64,000 nt of DNA from Setoptus koraiensis (lineage: Eukaryota > Animalia > Arthropoda). Below the pieces are notes generated by a model. It was given only the letters and a program-made list of their open reading frames with translations. It made no database searches and was not told where the DNA came from. This document shows positions 26,580 to 39,023 of this stretch, one piece after another. The number at the start of each line of letters is the position of its first letter. The first letter of the stretch is position 1. The stretch covers positions 682,001 through 746,000 of the forward strand of contig CM106586.1 in assembly GCA_048013815.1 (NCBI GenBank), given 5' to 3'. A program made the translations under genes and the position numbers.

Positions 26580-27310
26580 ACTGATTGTGCTGGCGCCAGC
26601 ACTCCACTTAATGATGTTGACACACTAATGATCACAAGCGAGAGCGACACATTAATCAAGAGCCCTTATAGATAACTCATAGGGAGCCTAAACTTATGCA
26701 GCTGCGTATCGAGACCAGACATTGCATTCTCGGTCAACACACTGGCAAATTTTATCGAAAGATCCATGACAAAGCACTGGACAGCCGCCTAATGAGTGCT
26801 AGCCTACCTAGAAAGAACAAGAGATTTGGGCTTAAAACTCACCAATCAAGAGAGACTAACCCTATAAGCATACTCAGATGCTGACTGGGCCGGCAACATT
26901 ATAGACAGAAAATGGACAAGTGGCACACTGGTTTGTCTGTCAGATGGCCCAGTAGTATTCCGCAGCAAGGCCCAGACACTGGTTGCACTCAGTTCAACCG
27001 AGGCCGAATACATTGCCAGATGCATGACTGCCCGCGAAGTCTGTTGGATTAGAGATATGCTGAGAGAACTAACGAACGAGCCAGTTGATTGCGCCCTGAA
27101 GATCAGGGGGCATTAAAACTGAAAAAGGTGCCTAGCCACTGAACACGAACAAAGCATATCGATATAAAGATGCACTTTGTAAGGGAGTGTCACTCTAAAG
27201 GAGAATTCGCGCTTGAATGTGTGCACAGTGAAGAGCAGAAAGCGGATGTTCTGACCAAGCCGCTTGGGATCAAGAAGCACGCTCAGATGGCTGGAAAGCT
27301 GGGGATGTCA
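26580..27310 (+). pseudogene. Ty1/copia RT C-terminus and RNase H
   Basis: PYR*LIGSL, SRPDIAFSV, AYSDADWAG..DRKWTSG, VALSSTEAEYIA, KHIDIKMHFVRE, ADVLTKPL. Confidence 0.9.
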
Positions 27311-28130
27311 AACTTAGCCAGCCTAAGCCTGATAGCCTCGTGTCTGATGTTGGTGAAGCCAGTGGCGACGATGGTTTTCCACGAAGTGGATCCTATCACA
27401 TGGCGCGAATCCAACATCAAACACATAGAGGGCCAGATCGATCTGGATTTGAAGCTGTTATTTCATGACCCCTGTGAGGCACTCTTCAGCAACGCCACTA
27501 ACATCGAAGAGCTTAATCGGGCTCTGGTTGACACCTGCACGAAGATATTTAAAGTGAACGTTCTCGATCAGCTCGACGCGGCAGAGTCTACCGGCAAGCT
27601 GAGCCGGGCAGAGAGAGACGGCGGGGCCACCGTGGCTGTGGTACTAGGCGCCACTGCCTTGTATACCTCTGTGCAGTTAATAATAACTGGCGCTGATAGA
27701 GTGAAAAATCATCTGTCCCAAGAGAAGGAAATGGCCAGTCTGATAGAATTGTTGGACAATAGGATCACCACCCTGCAAGAGAAGGTGGTGTTGGCAAATC
27801 AGCACACCCCTAAAAGCTTTGTCGAGATTGCAGCCACGATGGTCAAGGAGAGAGGGCAGGTAACAGCGGCCATCCCCATCGTTACAGACCTGACATTCCA
27901 GACCAACATCAGGCTAGAAGAGGCAAAGAAGAAACTAGACAAATTGTTAAAGGAATTGAAAATCGGAGGAGCGGTGCCGCAGGTCCTACTCACCCTGTTC
28001 AATATCAGTGAGATAGCCACTCTGTCCGCACTGAAGCACTCGCAAGTTAGGGCCTTTCACATCCAGGACGGAGAGATGACCCTGCGGGTGACCCTGCTAA
28101 AAATAAGTGCCGGAGTAGAGGTTCTTAAGC
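27310..28130 (+). pseudogene. env-like (class I fusion protein-like) ORF in frame with copia RNase H, 3'-truncated
   Basis: Hydrophobic SLSLIASCLMLVKPVA, DPC..C, basic site SRAER followed by hydrophobic GGATVAVVLGATALY, then a heptad-like helix; same frame as RNase H (ORF 27170-28141). Confidence 0.6.
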
Positions 28131-29164
28131 TAAGCGCTTAATTTTTCAAGTTAATGATTTAAGATGTGGGGGTAGTTTCTTGTATAGTAATGAAAGGCAG
28201 ACATCGCAAATCGATTAGACCTGCACAGATTGTGTATGGCACAGTGCCAGTTGTCTCTAGAAAGTTTCAAGAAATTATCCTGGTGAAAATAATTTCGAAA
28301 ATTTCATACTGTAGAGGCACACGTGCTCAATTAATAGACGAAACAGTGAACAGACTTAATTTAATAAGATAAATTTAATAAATCATTGATGACAACTCTG
28401 CTGGCTTCCATCGAAAAGATTTTCGACGGTGGTTTCCACATCGAATTCATAGTGGGCGCCATCATCGGCATTCTCAGCACCAGCTTCTTCGATTGGCATG
28501 TCATCAAATTTGAAGTATTTAAGAAGATCTTCTTCTTGTACTCTTTCAATAGATGATCTACATGGCTCTTCGATATCCATCCTAGTGTCAATACCTTTGA
28601 CGTCGACCTCTTCAACGAACGGTTCAATTCAACGCAATTTCCATCCATCTAACTTTCGTCGTTTTCCGGCTGGGTGGCGTCTTTTGAGTTTGGCCCCATT
28701 TTTGAGCCTCAATCCAAGACTCAGAGCAGCGATCGCTTCCTGAAGCTGAGAACTCATTCAGCCAGGAGTCCGAATAAAGCGAATATTGCAAAAATTATAC
28801 CGACCGTTCTCCTTTTTTCGCATTTTTCGCTTTCGGCGCAAGCTTTGATCAAAGAAAAAGTCACTGTTTCCGATAGTCCTTGAGTCTATCTTTAATATGA
28901 GCTCAGTTTCAGGGGTGCATGTCATTGAATTGGGGCCCTAAAATGGGGCCAAATCTGAAAAAAAGAGGTTTTTCACATTTTCAACCATCTTCACAATATT
29001 TTTTTTCGCTTCATTCTACTGGCATCAATTAGTAGAGATTGAGATGCGTCTGATGATGCCAACGTGGTGCGGAAGTGATAACTGACACACCTCCTAAGAA
29101 AAATTTGATCTAAAACACGTTTGATTTTCGAGCCTTCATATGGGAGAGGTCCTTTGTCCGCCTA

Positions 29165-29425
29165 TGGATGCAAGTCTCTCATGCACTCAGCGACTCTTTG
29201 AAGACCATGGACATGGCATGTCACATGATACGCGTTCGGTGTGAACGTCTTCATTTCCCTGATACTCTTTATCATATAAGGTGCCTGGTCACTTTAAAAC
29301 AATTTAACGCGGTGATACGGAGGCTCTTCTTCAGCCTGTTCAGAGAACAGTCTGATGAACTGCAGTCAAGTTTGCGTGTCACATATTTTCTTGATCGATG
29401 AACCAGAATGTAATATTGTTCAAAA
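29165..29425 (-). pseudogene. hAT-like (DUF659-type) transposase catalytic fragment
   Basis: VKLF*SDQAPYMIKSIREMKTFTPNAYHVTCHVHGLQRVAECMR matches the SDxAPYM..HVTCxxH pattern; not in the ORF track. Confidence 0.7.
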
Positions 29426-30644
29426 CAAGTAATACTGATCAAATCAGTATTTCGAGCGCTTAATTTTTTGGATGGACGAGTATGATTGGAATATAGAAGC
29501 GAGCATGCGATAACATGTCGGAGATAACAATCTAGATTTACAGTTATGTGCCTATGACAGTGCTGATTGTGGGTGTGATGGCTGAGAACATGTGCAGATA
29601 TGGGTTGATATCACATACTCGCTTGAGCACATGTGAATCGCATGTGCTCAATAATGGCGCTAGAGGCCATTTTGGGGAACATGTCCCTCCACAGTATGTG
29701 CGATTTTTGAAACTGTTCTCACCAGGATAAAGGACCTGTTGCATTAAGGGTATCCAGAATCAAACTGGTCTGACATACATGTATATAGTATTTTCGTGAT
29801 CGGAAGAGCTTCCCGATCACGAATATACCAATTGCATCATCTTTTAGTTCGACGTTTAGCCACTAGGCGGCGTTGCTGTTTTTCGCTTTGGGGGCCTCTG
29901 GAGCCCCAGTCTCTTGTCATAGAGACACGTTCTTGGTATCGTTGGATAGATCTCTGAAAGACGCATCTATGGAGGGTATAATTTTACCCTAGACTCGAAT
30001 CCAAGTCCTGATAAAAATCAGAAGAGAACTCTGGCCCCAATTTGTGGGGCCCCAGGAATGTCCGCCCAGAGATTTGACAGCTCATAGAAATAGCTCTATA
30101 AAAGAGCTTCAAAATGATATATAATACATCGGAATCAAGTCGAACGCCGATGACCAAAAATGAAAAAAACCAATCACACCCTCCAACAAAAATAGAGACA
30201 AAGGGCGGATTGGTGTCTCGTTGAATGATGGCCAAGCCCAAGTTGGGTATTTTGGTTATTTTTGAGTAGGGTATAGTACCCTGATACCCTAACGTGTACT
30301 TCGAAAGTGCGGAAATTTTTCATTGCCGAGATACCAGAGGTATCCCATTCTGGGTATTGAAGGATATATACTAGCACAGATTGTTGCGAGCAACTTGTAC
30401 GACACACACACGGATCGTCATCAAAACGGATAGGTGGGAACATGTTCGAAATCGATGACTTTACATGACATCCTTCATCCGAAATTTCTCCTTGCCGCTA
30501 TAGGTAGCTCATTAATACATAGAAATAGAACTAGATGGTTATCTCCGACATTTTATCACATTCTCGTGTCTATATTCCAATCATACTTGTCCATTCAAAT
30601 AATTAAGCGCTCGAGATACTGATATAATCAGTAATTTATTTTAA

Positions 30645-30790
30645 GATGTTACTCCAACCTCCCTTGCAAGTGTTATGAACCAAATGAGCTCCATAACTAT
30701 TTGATTGGCCGCTGTTAGCTCTGCTTCTGTAGATGATGATGCTACCACAGTTTGCTGTTTGCCTTTAGAAATTTATGGTACCCAACAGAC
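30645..30790 (-). pseudogene. Ty1/copia RNase H fragment
   Basis: SKGKQQTVVASSSTEAELTAANQIVMELIWFITLAREVG. Confidence 0.8.
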
Positions 30791-30799
30791 TTCTACTAT

Positions 30800-31165
30800 C
30801 AAACCTATCGTTTGACTCAAGTATATACTCAAGTCCTAGAGTTTGACGAACTCTGGGAGAGCCTGAATGCTCTCGCACGAAGACTTCACCGTTTGGTCGG
30901 TATTCAGGTCATCCATTGCGAGTGTTTTGAAACACTACGCTGCGGTTTTTGCGAGGATGAGGATCGGCCCGTTACACTCTCGTAGGCATAAGTTGTCTTC
31001 TGTGCCGGTATAGTGCGGGAAAGTGTTGGCCTTGAATGTGGCTGTTCGTTAATCTAAGTTGTGTGTGACTAAGCTCAGCTTCATAGTTCCATCTAGTTGG
31101 GAGCAAGCGATTGGTTTTCCGTACCTGCTGATCAAGCTGTTGCGATTGCCCTGGGCTTGTAGCAG
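30800..31165 (-). pseudogene. env-like fragment (middle region)
   Basis: DGTMKLSLV..KANTFPHYTGTEDNLCLRECNGPILILAKTAA*CFKTL aligns with EADPFEVYVNLTGRPCLNKYQGSEHVLVNETANCIRPL (41.5 kb) and DGEMTLRV (28.07 kb). Confidence 0.5.
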
Positions 31166-31480
31166 GCTGGAAAATTAAGCGCTCTTATACTGGTATAATC
31201 AGTATAACTTGTTCTTTTTACAAGTGACTGCCGGATCTTCTGGATCCTTGACCGAGGGCATTGTACCAATGAATATGTCTTCGTCAGAGCTCTCGGAGCT
31301 GAGGATATACCCACATGGGCATATTTGCTTGTGAGTTTCATCATTTCTTTTGTTTTGGCATTCTATTTTGATGCGTTCGAGACGTTCGCGTAGCTTGCGT
31401 TTACATGCTTGGCATACTGGGGGAACGTGACGAGATTCGTTCCAATCGCCCCACTTTCATTAATCGTTAGAGTTGATTTC

Positions 31481-32420
31481 TAGCGCTTAATTTTAATTAA
31501 GGGCTTTTGATGTAGTGTTGTAGGATCCTGAAGCATTTCACAGGATATTCACCAATTGTGCTATGGTGATTTACGCGCTGTATGCTTGTGAATACTCCGA
31601 CTTTGTATGCCAGTGAATATTCACGTACCGTTTTATTTGTGGATATTCACAGCTTTCGATCTTTGGAGTCACGCGCTGTGTGCTTGCAAACATTAGCACT
31701 AGAATGATCAGTGCTTAGTGGGTGTGTAGGCTGAAATGTGCTTGGGAGGTGGGAGGTACACTCAAGCTTGAGATTCGAAAATTCGTCCACCTCCCAAACA
31801 CACATTTACTAGGGAGGTGGATTGAATTTTAAGTCTCGGGCTCATGTATAGTGAGGAATTGGACTGGGGCTAGAACGAGATAGGTTTAGCTACTCCGAAT
31901 AGCATAGGGTGACTCATGCTTGGGAGGTGGACTAGCTTGAGCTTAAACAATAAGTTCACCTCCTGAGCATGCAACAACCTACATACTAGCTTGAGACTCG
32001 AAAGTTCGTCCACCTCCCAAACATACATTTTAAGGAGGTGGATTGAATTTGGAGTCTCGGGCTCATGCAGAGGTTAATGAATAATGAGGAGGTGGATCGA
32101 TGCTATAACGAGATAGGTTAAGCTATTTTAAATAGCGTGGAGTGACAACTTAAGTCACTCCTCCTCCCTAGCACACAGTAATCTACACACTAAATTGAAA
32201 AGTCAACAATGTGAAAACAAGCCAATGAGCCAGCTCTCTATAGAATTAACATGTGTAATGTTTAGTTACTTTAACACAGGAATTGAGAGACCAAATCTCC
32301 ATAGAGTTAACCTGGCTCTTTTACTTGTTGCCTGGGAGGTCAACATTCAGTCCACCTCCTAAGTATGCTTCCGCCTAAACACACCAGCTTAAGCTCTGCT
32401 AAGCTTCTAGCTTAACTCTA
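31481..32420 (+). mobile_element. Helentron/DINE-like element (A2 start) with internal duplicated GGAGGTGG/CCACCTCC blocks
   Basis: TAGCGCTTAATTTTAATTAAGGGC start; blocks at ~31740-31870 recur at ~31980-32080; no 3' end found. Confidence 0.65.
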
Positions 32421-34119
32421 GTGTGACCGGATGCGGTCAGCGGACCCATTCTGTGCATAGACTGAGAAACACCATGTATTGGCTTCTGTTTTAATCATTA
32501 CATTTCAGTATTCTTCTCGTTCTGGCCTATACACGTCATTGTGACGATCCCTACACCCGTGCATGGATGGCAGTCATGTGAGCGGAGGACTGAGGCCGCA
32601 GCCCGGAACCCGAAGCGCTCACCACCCCTACCCGAAGGGTTCCCGTCGCATAATTTAGTTATCATACACATCAATCGACGGCAATATTATCAGCATAATT
32701 TGGTTATCATACACATCAATCGACGACAATAATATCATCATGATTTGGTTAGAATGCTAATGAGAGCTTGATTTCTAACCTATGGACACTGGTAAGGAAG
32801 AAAGACTTCAGAGGAGTGAGAGTGCTACGATCTGCCGTCTAACTAACAAAATGCATCGACAATGACGGCAGTGCAGCCATCGAACGCGTCATGGACTACA
32901 TGAGTTTCGATCATGGGCGTTATTGACGAGCTCGCGATCGAAGTGATAATCGACAAAGACTCTATAGAAGATGGCGATTTTCGAATGAGGGACGACAGTG
33001 GAAACATGACAGAAATTGGTCACATCTGGGTGCAAGGAGAGGTCAGTCTTACTATTCATGACATTGTTGGACGTAACAAGGTTTGTAACAACAAGACAGC
33101 ATCGTGCGACAACGCGAAACTCATACAATGTGTGATCGACGAGAAAAAGGAGACAGTTACTGTGATGGCCGTCGTATCGTTGGTCAGAGGAGGCGTTAGC
33201 GAAGCTTATCCGATCGAGAACCTTGAGTCGGATTAACTCGATAGCGGATGCGATCATTTCTGCGTATTAATCTACGCGAAAACTGATGTTGATAGGTCCT
33301 CCCGGAAGCCCGAGTTTCCTTCCGTAGACGACTTCGTATGGCGTTATGCCATTAGTAGTGTGTTTGGTGGCGTTGACGGTACGGACGGCTAACTGTGAGC
33401 TAGGGTGGAGGAGCGACGTAAGTCTCAATCAAGCTGCAGCTAACTTTGTGCTGAGGAGGTGGAGTGACTTAAGTATCAACCAAGCTGAAGCTTAATGTGT
33501 GCTGAGGACGGGCCTGATTCAAAGTTGTAGGCTTGTATGTAGATAGCTCCTCCATATGGGATCCAACATCACTTCATCAATAGCGCTTGATTTAAATTAA
33601 GCGCTAGAAACCTTGCAACTGAATTACGAGCAGAAGAAAAGGGCAGGCATCATCGATTATGGTTTACCAGACTACCACCAGCTCTGGAAGATAGAGGAGA
33701 GGTTCTTATCTTATGGCACGTTCGGCGATCGCCGCGGCGGTATCAATTGCACTATTGAGGAATAGACAAGTGATACTGATTATGTCAGTATCTCGAGCGC
33801 TTAATTTTTTGGATGGACAAGTATGATAAGAATATAGAAGCGAGTATATAATGACATGTCGGAGATAAACATATATAGACACAAATATAAACACAAATAT
33901 GCTCGCAAATTACAGTTGCCGATAGCGCCATGAGCGAAAACGGAAATGATTGAAACAAGTGATACTGATTAGATCAGTATCTCGAGCGCTTAACTTTTGG
34001 ATAGTAACGTTAGAATGGAGAGGCGAGCATGTGATAAAATGTATCTATGACGGAAGAGATGTTACGCTGTGCGCAATCGTTGTATATCGTTTGGCGAAGA
34101 GCTTGATTTCTGCAAATAT

Positions 34120-34600
34120 TCTCACCGTAAGACTTTCGTGGAAATTCGCACAGATGTCTGATACAATGCTAGTGTCAATCTGTGCAAGTTTAATCAAAAG
34201 TTTAATCCCCGTTTTCGCAGCATTGGAAATATTCGGACGTCCCAGTCCATGTGAATATCATGATTTCTGAATATTTTCTCACCCCTAGAATTCCGTGTAA
34301 ATTTGTGCACAGCACCACTACAATGCTAGTAGTAATCTGTGCAAGTTTGATCATAGCGTACTTCCTTGTTTCCGCAGCATCAGAAATATCCGGATGTCTC
34401 AGTCCATGTGAATATTGTAATTTCTGAACATGTTCTCACCACTAAATTTTCGCGAAAATTTGCACATATATCTAATGCAATACTAGTGTCAATCTGTGCA
34501 AGTTTGATCAAAAGTTTATTCCCCGTTTTCGCAGCATTGGAAATATCCGGATGTCTCAGTCCATGTGAATATCATGATTTCTGAATGTTCTCACCACGCT
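34120..34600 (-). repeat. Three diverged 157-bp tandem units
   Basis: AGTGTCAATCTGTGCAAG-type anchor at 34171, 34328 and 34485; preceded by a Helentron-like B end at ~33955. Confidence 0.85.
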
Positions 34601-35254
34601 CATGGTCATATGAATACTGGAATTCCGTGAAAATTCGCACAAAGCATCGCATCTATTGGAAATTGTTCCTGATTCTCTTTCCATTCTTCGCTATGTCTTT
34701 CCTACCCATCGTCATCATTATCAAATTATCTTCTTCGTTGGGATCTGTCCATACTAAAACACTAAGCCCAATTATTAAATATCCCAGTTATCTACAAATT
34801 ATCTCCCCGTGTATATAATAACAATTGTTAGCATCCATTCTCCTGCTACGCTCAATTCATCTGGTAAACATCTCGGTTATACTTGCAAGTGGGCCCCTAC
34901 CAGATTAGGGTATTTTGGGTATTTTTGGGTAGAGTATAGTACCCTGATACACGAATAGGTATTTATAAGATGTAGAAATGTTCGGTTTCTGTGATAACCG
35001 AGGTACCGCACAGTGGGCGTTTTGAGATACCCGATGACCGCTAGCGGTCTCAGCGGCGTACCCGAAAGAATTTCGGGTATCATTAAAGTACACCCGGGTA
35101 CCCTTGTTTTCCTGGAGGTATACCGGAAGTGAAGAAGTGACCTTAAATTGAGATAACTGGGGTCGGGTATCACGGGTATTCCGGCATGACTTGTAATCAT
35201 GTCCGCACGTTTGCGGCTTACTCGTCGCAGGTAGCTTGAGGTACCCCGAGTCAC

Positions 35255-35486
35255 CCACCAACAGCAAGCGCGCGCGAATCCAGGTGTCTTACAACTCATC
35301 GGTAAGCTGCGCGAAGAAATACATTTCCAAACAGGACAAACCCACAAAGCACTGGGCGATGAGAGAGGTGACTACGCAAGCAAACAGTATGATCAAAGGG
35401 AGAGAGCCATAATTACACTGGTCAAGTCTCGAGGAGAAATGGACAGAGTACAATTCTTGACCTTAATGAGTGCCAATGTTGTTTAA
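35255..35486 (+). pseudogene. MULE transposase C-terminal fragment
   Basis: ANPGVLQLIGKLREE..KQYDQRERAIITLV..QFLTLMSANVV* resembles the animal MULE C-terminus (HPxIxxFIxxLKxEQ..FLxxIAHN). Confidence 0.55.
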
Positions 35487-35616
35487 AATACTTGAATAAC
35501 ATATAATATATAAGATGATAATAATAAAACTGATTAATAAACAAAACACACTATATCTAAAAACTTGTTTTGGTTATTCTGCCTGCTTTGGTCGTGGACG
35601 GAGGGAGGTTCGGCGG

Positions 35617-36608
35617 TTGTTGTAGCGAATAGCGACCTGACCCGATTTTGATGAAACTTCCGGTACGGGTACATCTTGACCCCAAAAATTAGTCCGGAAG
35701 TGCGGAAACTTCTGGTTCCGGTTTTACATAGATTTAAAGATAGAGCTCCAAGATTCACCGGTGAGACGTTTCAAGGTACACACAGGAAAGAGGGTGAAAG
35801 AACGAACTGGGGACATGTTTTTTGTGTGATGAATCGCATGAGCCTCTGAGCGCACGCATTCATTCAGACGCGCGGATAGTTCGTCCCGTCAACGCCATCT
35901 CAGCAATTTTAACCAAATATCTCGTGAACTGGAAGTCGCAAAGACTTGAAATGGACATGATCGTACTCCGCATACACGGTTCCAGTTCGGTTTGCTAGAG
36001 GTTCAACTGAAATTAGAGGTGCGGCCAGGCCTGTGCGGTTGCGATAAGCGGGCCCATACTGTGCACAGACTGCGCAACACCATGTATTTGCTTGTAATTT
36101 AGTTGTTCCTACTTGTCTTACCCTTATTTTATATTCCCCCCTTTCATTTGTGGATGGATTGCTGTCATGTGAGCGGAGGGTAGAGGGCGCAGCCCGATAT
36201 CCGAAGCGCTCATCAACCCTACCCGAAGGGTTCCCGTCGCACGCAGTCGTCGCGGGAGCGACGACGGAGATGTGACGGCCTCCAGGATACGAGGCCGAAG
36301 GCCGAGTTCTACGAACAATTTCAGGCTCATCCATGAGTGTAGCGAAGCATGAACTTGGCAACTCTTGAGATATCGCTATAACCAGAGAACCGGGAGTGGT
36401 AAAGAGCTAAAACCTATGTCATCGTGTCAATCGTCATCTAGAACGTCATTCTGGTGAGTTTCAACTCTCTAGAAGCAACTTAAGGTAGAACCGGAACAGG
36501 AAGTTTCCGCACTTCCGGACCACTTTTCCTGATGGTTTTGGGTCAAGATGAACCTGTACCGGAAGTTTCATCCTAATCGGCGCTGGGACCTAATCGCTAG
36601 AACAACCT
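35617..36608. mobile_element. Rearranged TIR-family composite with cassette D (36155-36311, minus)
   Basis: GGTTGTTGTAGCGAATAG at the left and CTAATCGCTAGAACAACC at the right; no TSD match. Confidence 0.6.
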
Positions 36609-37254
36609 AGCCTTTATGGCAGTAACAGAAAAACCGCAGAAAGGCTCGTGGTTTGCCGATTCTGGGGCCTCATCCCATATGACGGGACTCAAATCCTTCT
36701 TTACCACATACTATGAGTACAAGCCTCGACGGCGCATCGTGCTGGGTGACAAGTCTGTAATCTATGCAGAAGGGGAAGGATCTATGCCAATGATCAATGT
36801 GTATTTAAATACAAAAACAAGACCGTCCTCACTGGAACGTTGTCGAACCAGTATGGTTTGTTCCAGGTTCACATCCAACCAACAAGAAAAGAATTACACT
36901 TGACACGTAAGACGCTAATCGCCTGGCATCGAGTTCTAGGCCACGTCGACTCACAGCAAATAAAGCGCATGGCGAGGGAGAAATTAGTCGATGGCATGGA
37001 TTTGCTACCTTCAGATACAGATTTGGAGTGTTTGGACTGTGTCAAAGGCAAAGCTACACACAAATCGCATCCGACAAGCTCACGTCCAAAATCCACAGAG
37101 GTGGGTGGTCCACACGAATATGATTAATCCCATTACTCCAGCCAGTCGTACGGGATGCGAACACATCCTCTTGCTAACCGATGAAGCATCAAGGTTTAGA
37201 ACTGCTCACTACCTGAAAAGCAAAGCAGAGGTTGCCGACAAACTCGAAGACTTC
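36609..37254 (+). pseudogene. Ty1/copia protease, GAG-pre-integrase and integrase N-terminal fragment
   Basis: WFADSGASSHMT; WHRVLGH..CLDCVKGK; LTDEASRFRTAHYLKSKAEV. Confidence 0.9.
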
Positions 37255-38121
37255 TTAGCGCTTAATTTTAATTAAGTAGCTATTGGGATAGGTCTGGGTG
37301 CTACGTTTATTCACGTGGGTAGAAAAATCAGTGATTTTTAGCGCTTAATTTTTAGCGCTTAATTTTAATTAAGCGCTAATGATGTAGTGATGTTGGATCC
37401 TAAATGGAGGAGGCAATCCACACAAAAGCCTACAATTTTAAGTCACGCCCCCTCCTTAGCACACAGAAAGCTACAGCCTGAATGAGACTTAAGTCACTCC
37501 ACCTCCTTAGCCTTCCTTTGCCCACCATCCTCGTAATCAAGTAACTCAATATCCGATTCGATTTCCAGATCACCTGGGCCTATCGCCATGTCTCCTTCGT
37601 CATTGTCACGAGCTATGTTTTTTTCCAAATCCCATGAAACTGGCTGGTCACGACGTTTATAAATGCCAAGCTCATTATTTTTAGCGCTTAATTTTAATTA
37701 AGTTGCTATTGGGGTGGTGATGATGACCAGGTTTATTCACGTGACAGAACAAATCAGTGCTATTTTTTTTTCTAGGAAAAATTAGCACAGTGAAGGCGTC
37801 GGGAAGTATCTAGTAGGTTTCATCGTTCTAAATTTACCTAGTTTGTTAGTACAGTGAAAGCTAGGAGGCCGAGTCATTGGAAAACAATTATACAGTGGAA
37901 GCTGAGATGCTTACTAGACAAAATTAGAAGCAAGAATGCCAGCTGTTTACAAATTGGAATAAGCACTAGGGAAGCTGGAAAGGCGAAAAATAGGTAGATT
38001 GAGTACAATAGAAGGCTTAAATGTTGGTTTATTAAATTTAACATAGGAACAGCTAGAGGCTGAATCACTAGAAAACATTGATACAAGTGATACTGATTCT
38101 GTCAGTATCTCGAGCGCTTAA

Positions 38122-38755
38122 TAAGCGCTTTATTTTAATTAAGTAGCTACTGGGGTAGTGATGATGGATACGTTTATTCATGTGACTATGTAATCCTATG
38201 GAGGTATGACTAGGTCAAATCTGTGAGGGGTTCGGTGGTGACAAATCGAAATTCGAAAATTGAAAATTTGAATTCCTAATGATAGTCTCAACTGGTCGTT
38301 CCATGTTCGATGGTCAGAGTTCTCAGTTCCATGGTCACAATTCGATGGTCACAATTCGAACTTCGAAATTCGAATTCCTGATGAGAGTTTCAGCTGCTCG
38401 TTCGATGTTCGATGGTCAGAGTTCGATGGTCACAATTCGAACTTCGAAATTGATGCACTATAACACAGTGTGCGCCATTGACTATTTGGTGTGTCTAACT
38501 AAATTACATATTGTGGCGAAACTGACCATTAGAATCTTAATCAATTTTTGTACGCAAGCAATCAACATGTGTAGCATGCTGGGATAGAAATTTGAAGAAC
38601 TTTTATTTATTCTGTCATCTTTTCGGCTACCCTGATCTGACAGGCATAGATGCTTATTTACGACATGTTGTCACATACTCGCATCAATATTCCAACGATA
38701 CTCGTCTATCCAAAAAGTTAAGCGCTCGAGATACTGATAGAATCAGTATCACTTG
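38122..38755 (+). mobile_element. Complete Helentron/DINE-1-like element (HINE-1, ~630 bp)
   Basis: 5' palindromic subTIR end, core, internal repeats, 3' inverted subTIR plus GATACTGA-TAGAA-TCAGTATC hairpin plus ACTTG. Confidence 0.85.
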
Positions 38756-39023
38756 TTTTTCTAGAAAAAATTAGTAGAGCGAGGGCGTTGGGAAGCATCT
38801 CGTAGGTTTCATCGTTCTAAATTTATCTAGTTTGTTAGTACAGTGAAAGCTAGGAGGCGGAGTGATTGGAAAACAATTATACAGTGAAGGCTGAGACGCT
38901 AACTAGTAAAAATTAGCATGCGATAGTACTAGCTGTTTACAAATTCAATTTAGCACTAGGGAAGCTAGAAGTGCAAAAACTAGACGGATTTAGTACAATG
39001 AAACGCTTAAATGTTGACTTTTA

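Noticed and set aside
38376-38410. Hammerhead ribozyme (CTGATGAG..CTC) in HINE-1 repeats, and TTGATGAG in cassette D
   Set aside because: The GAAA core after stem II is missing (GTTC here), and stems I/III are not evident.
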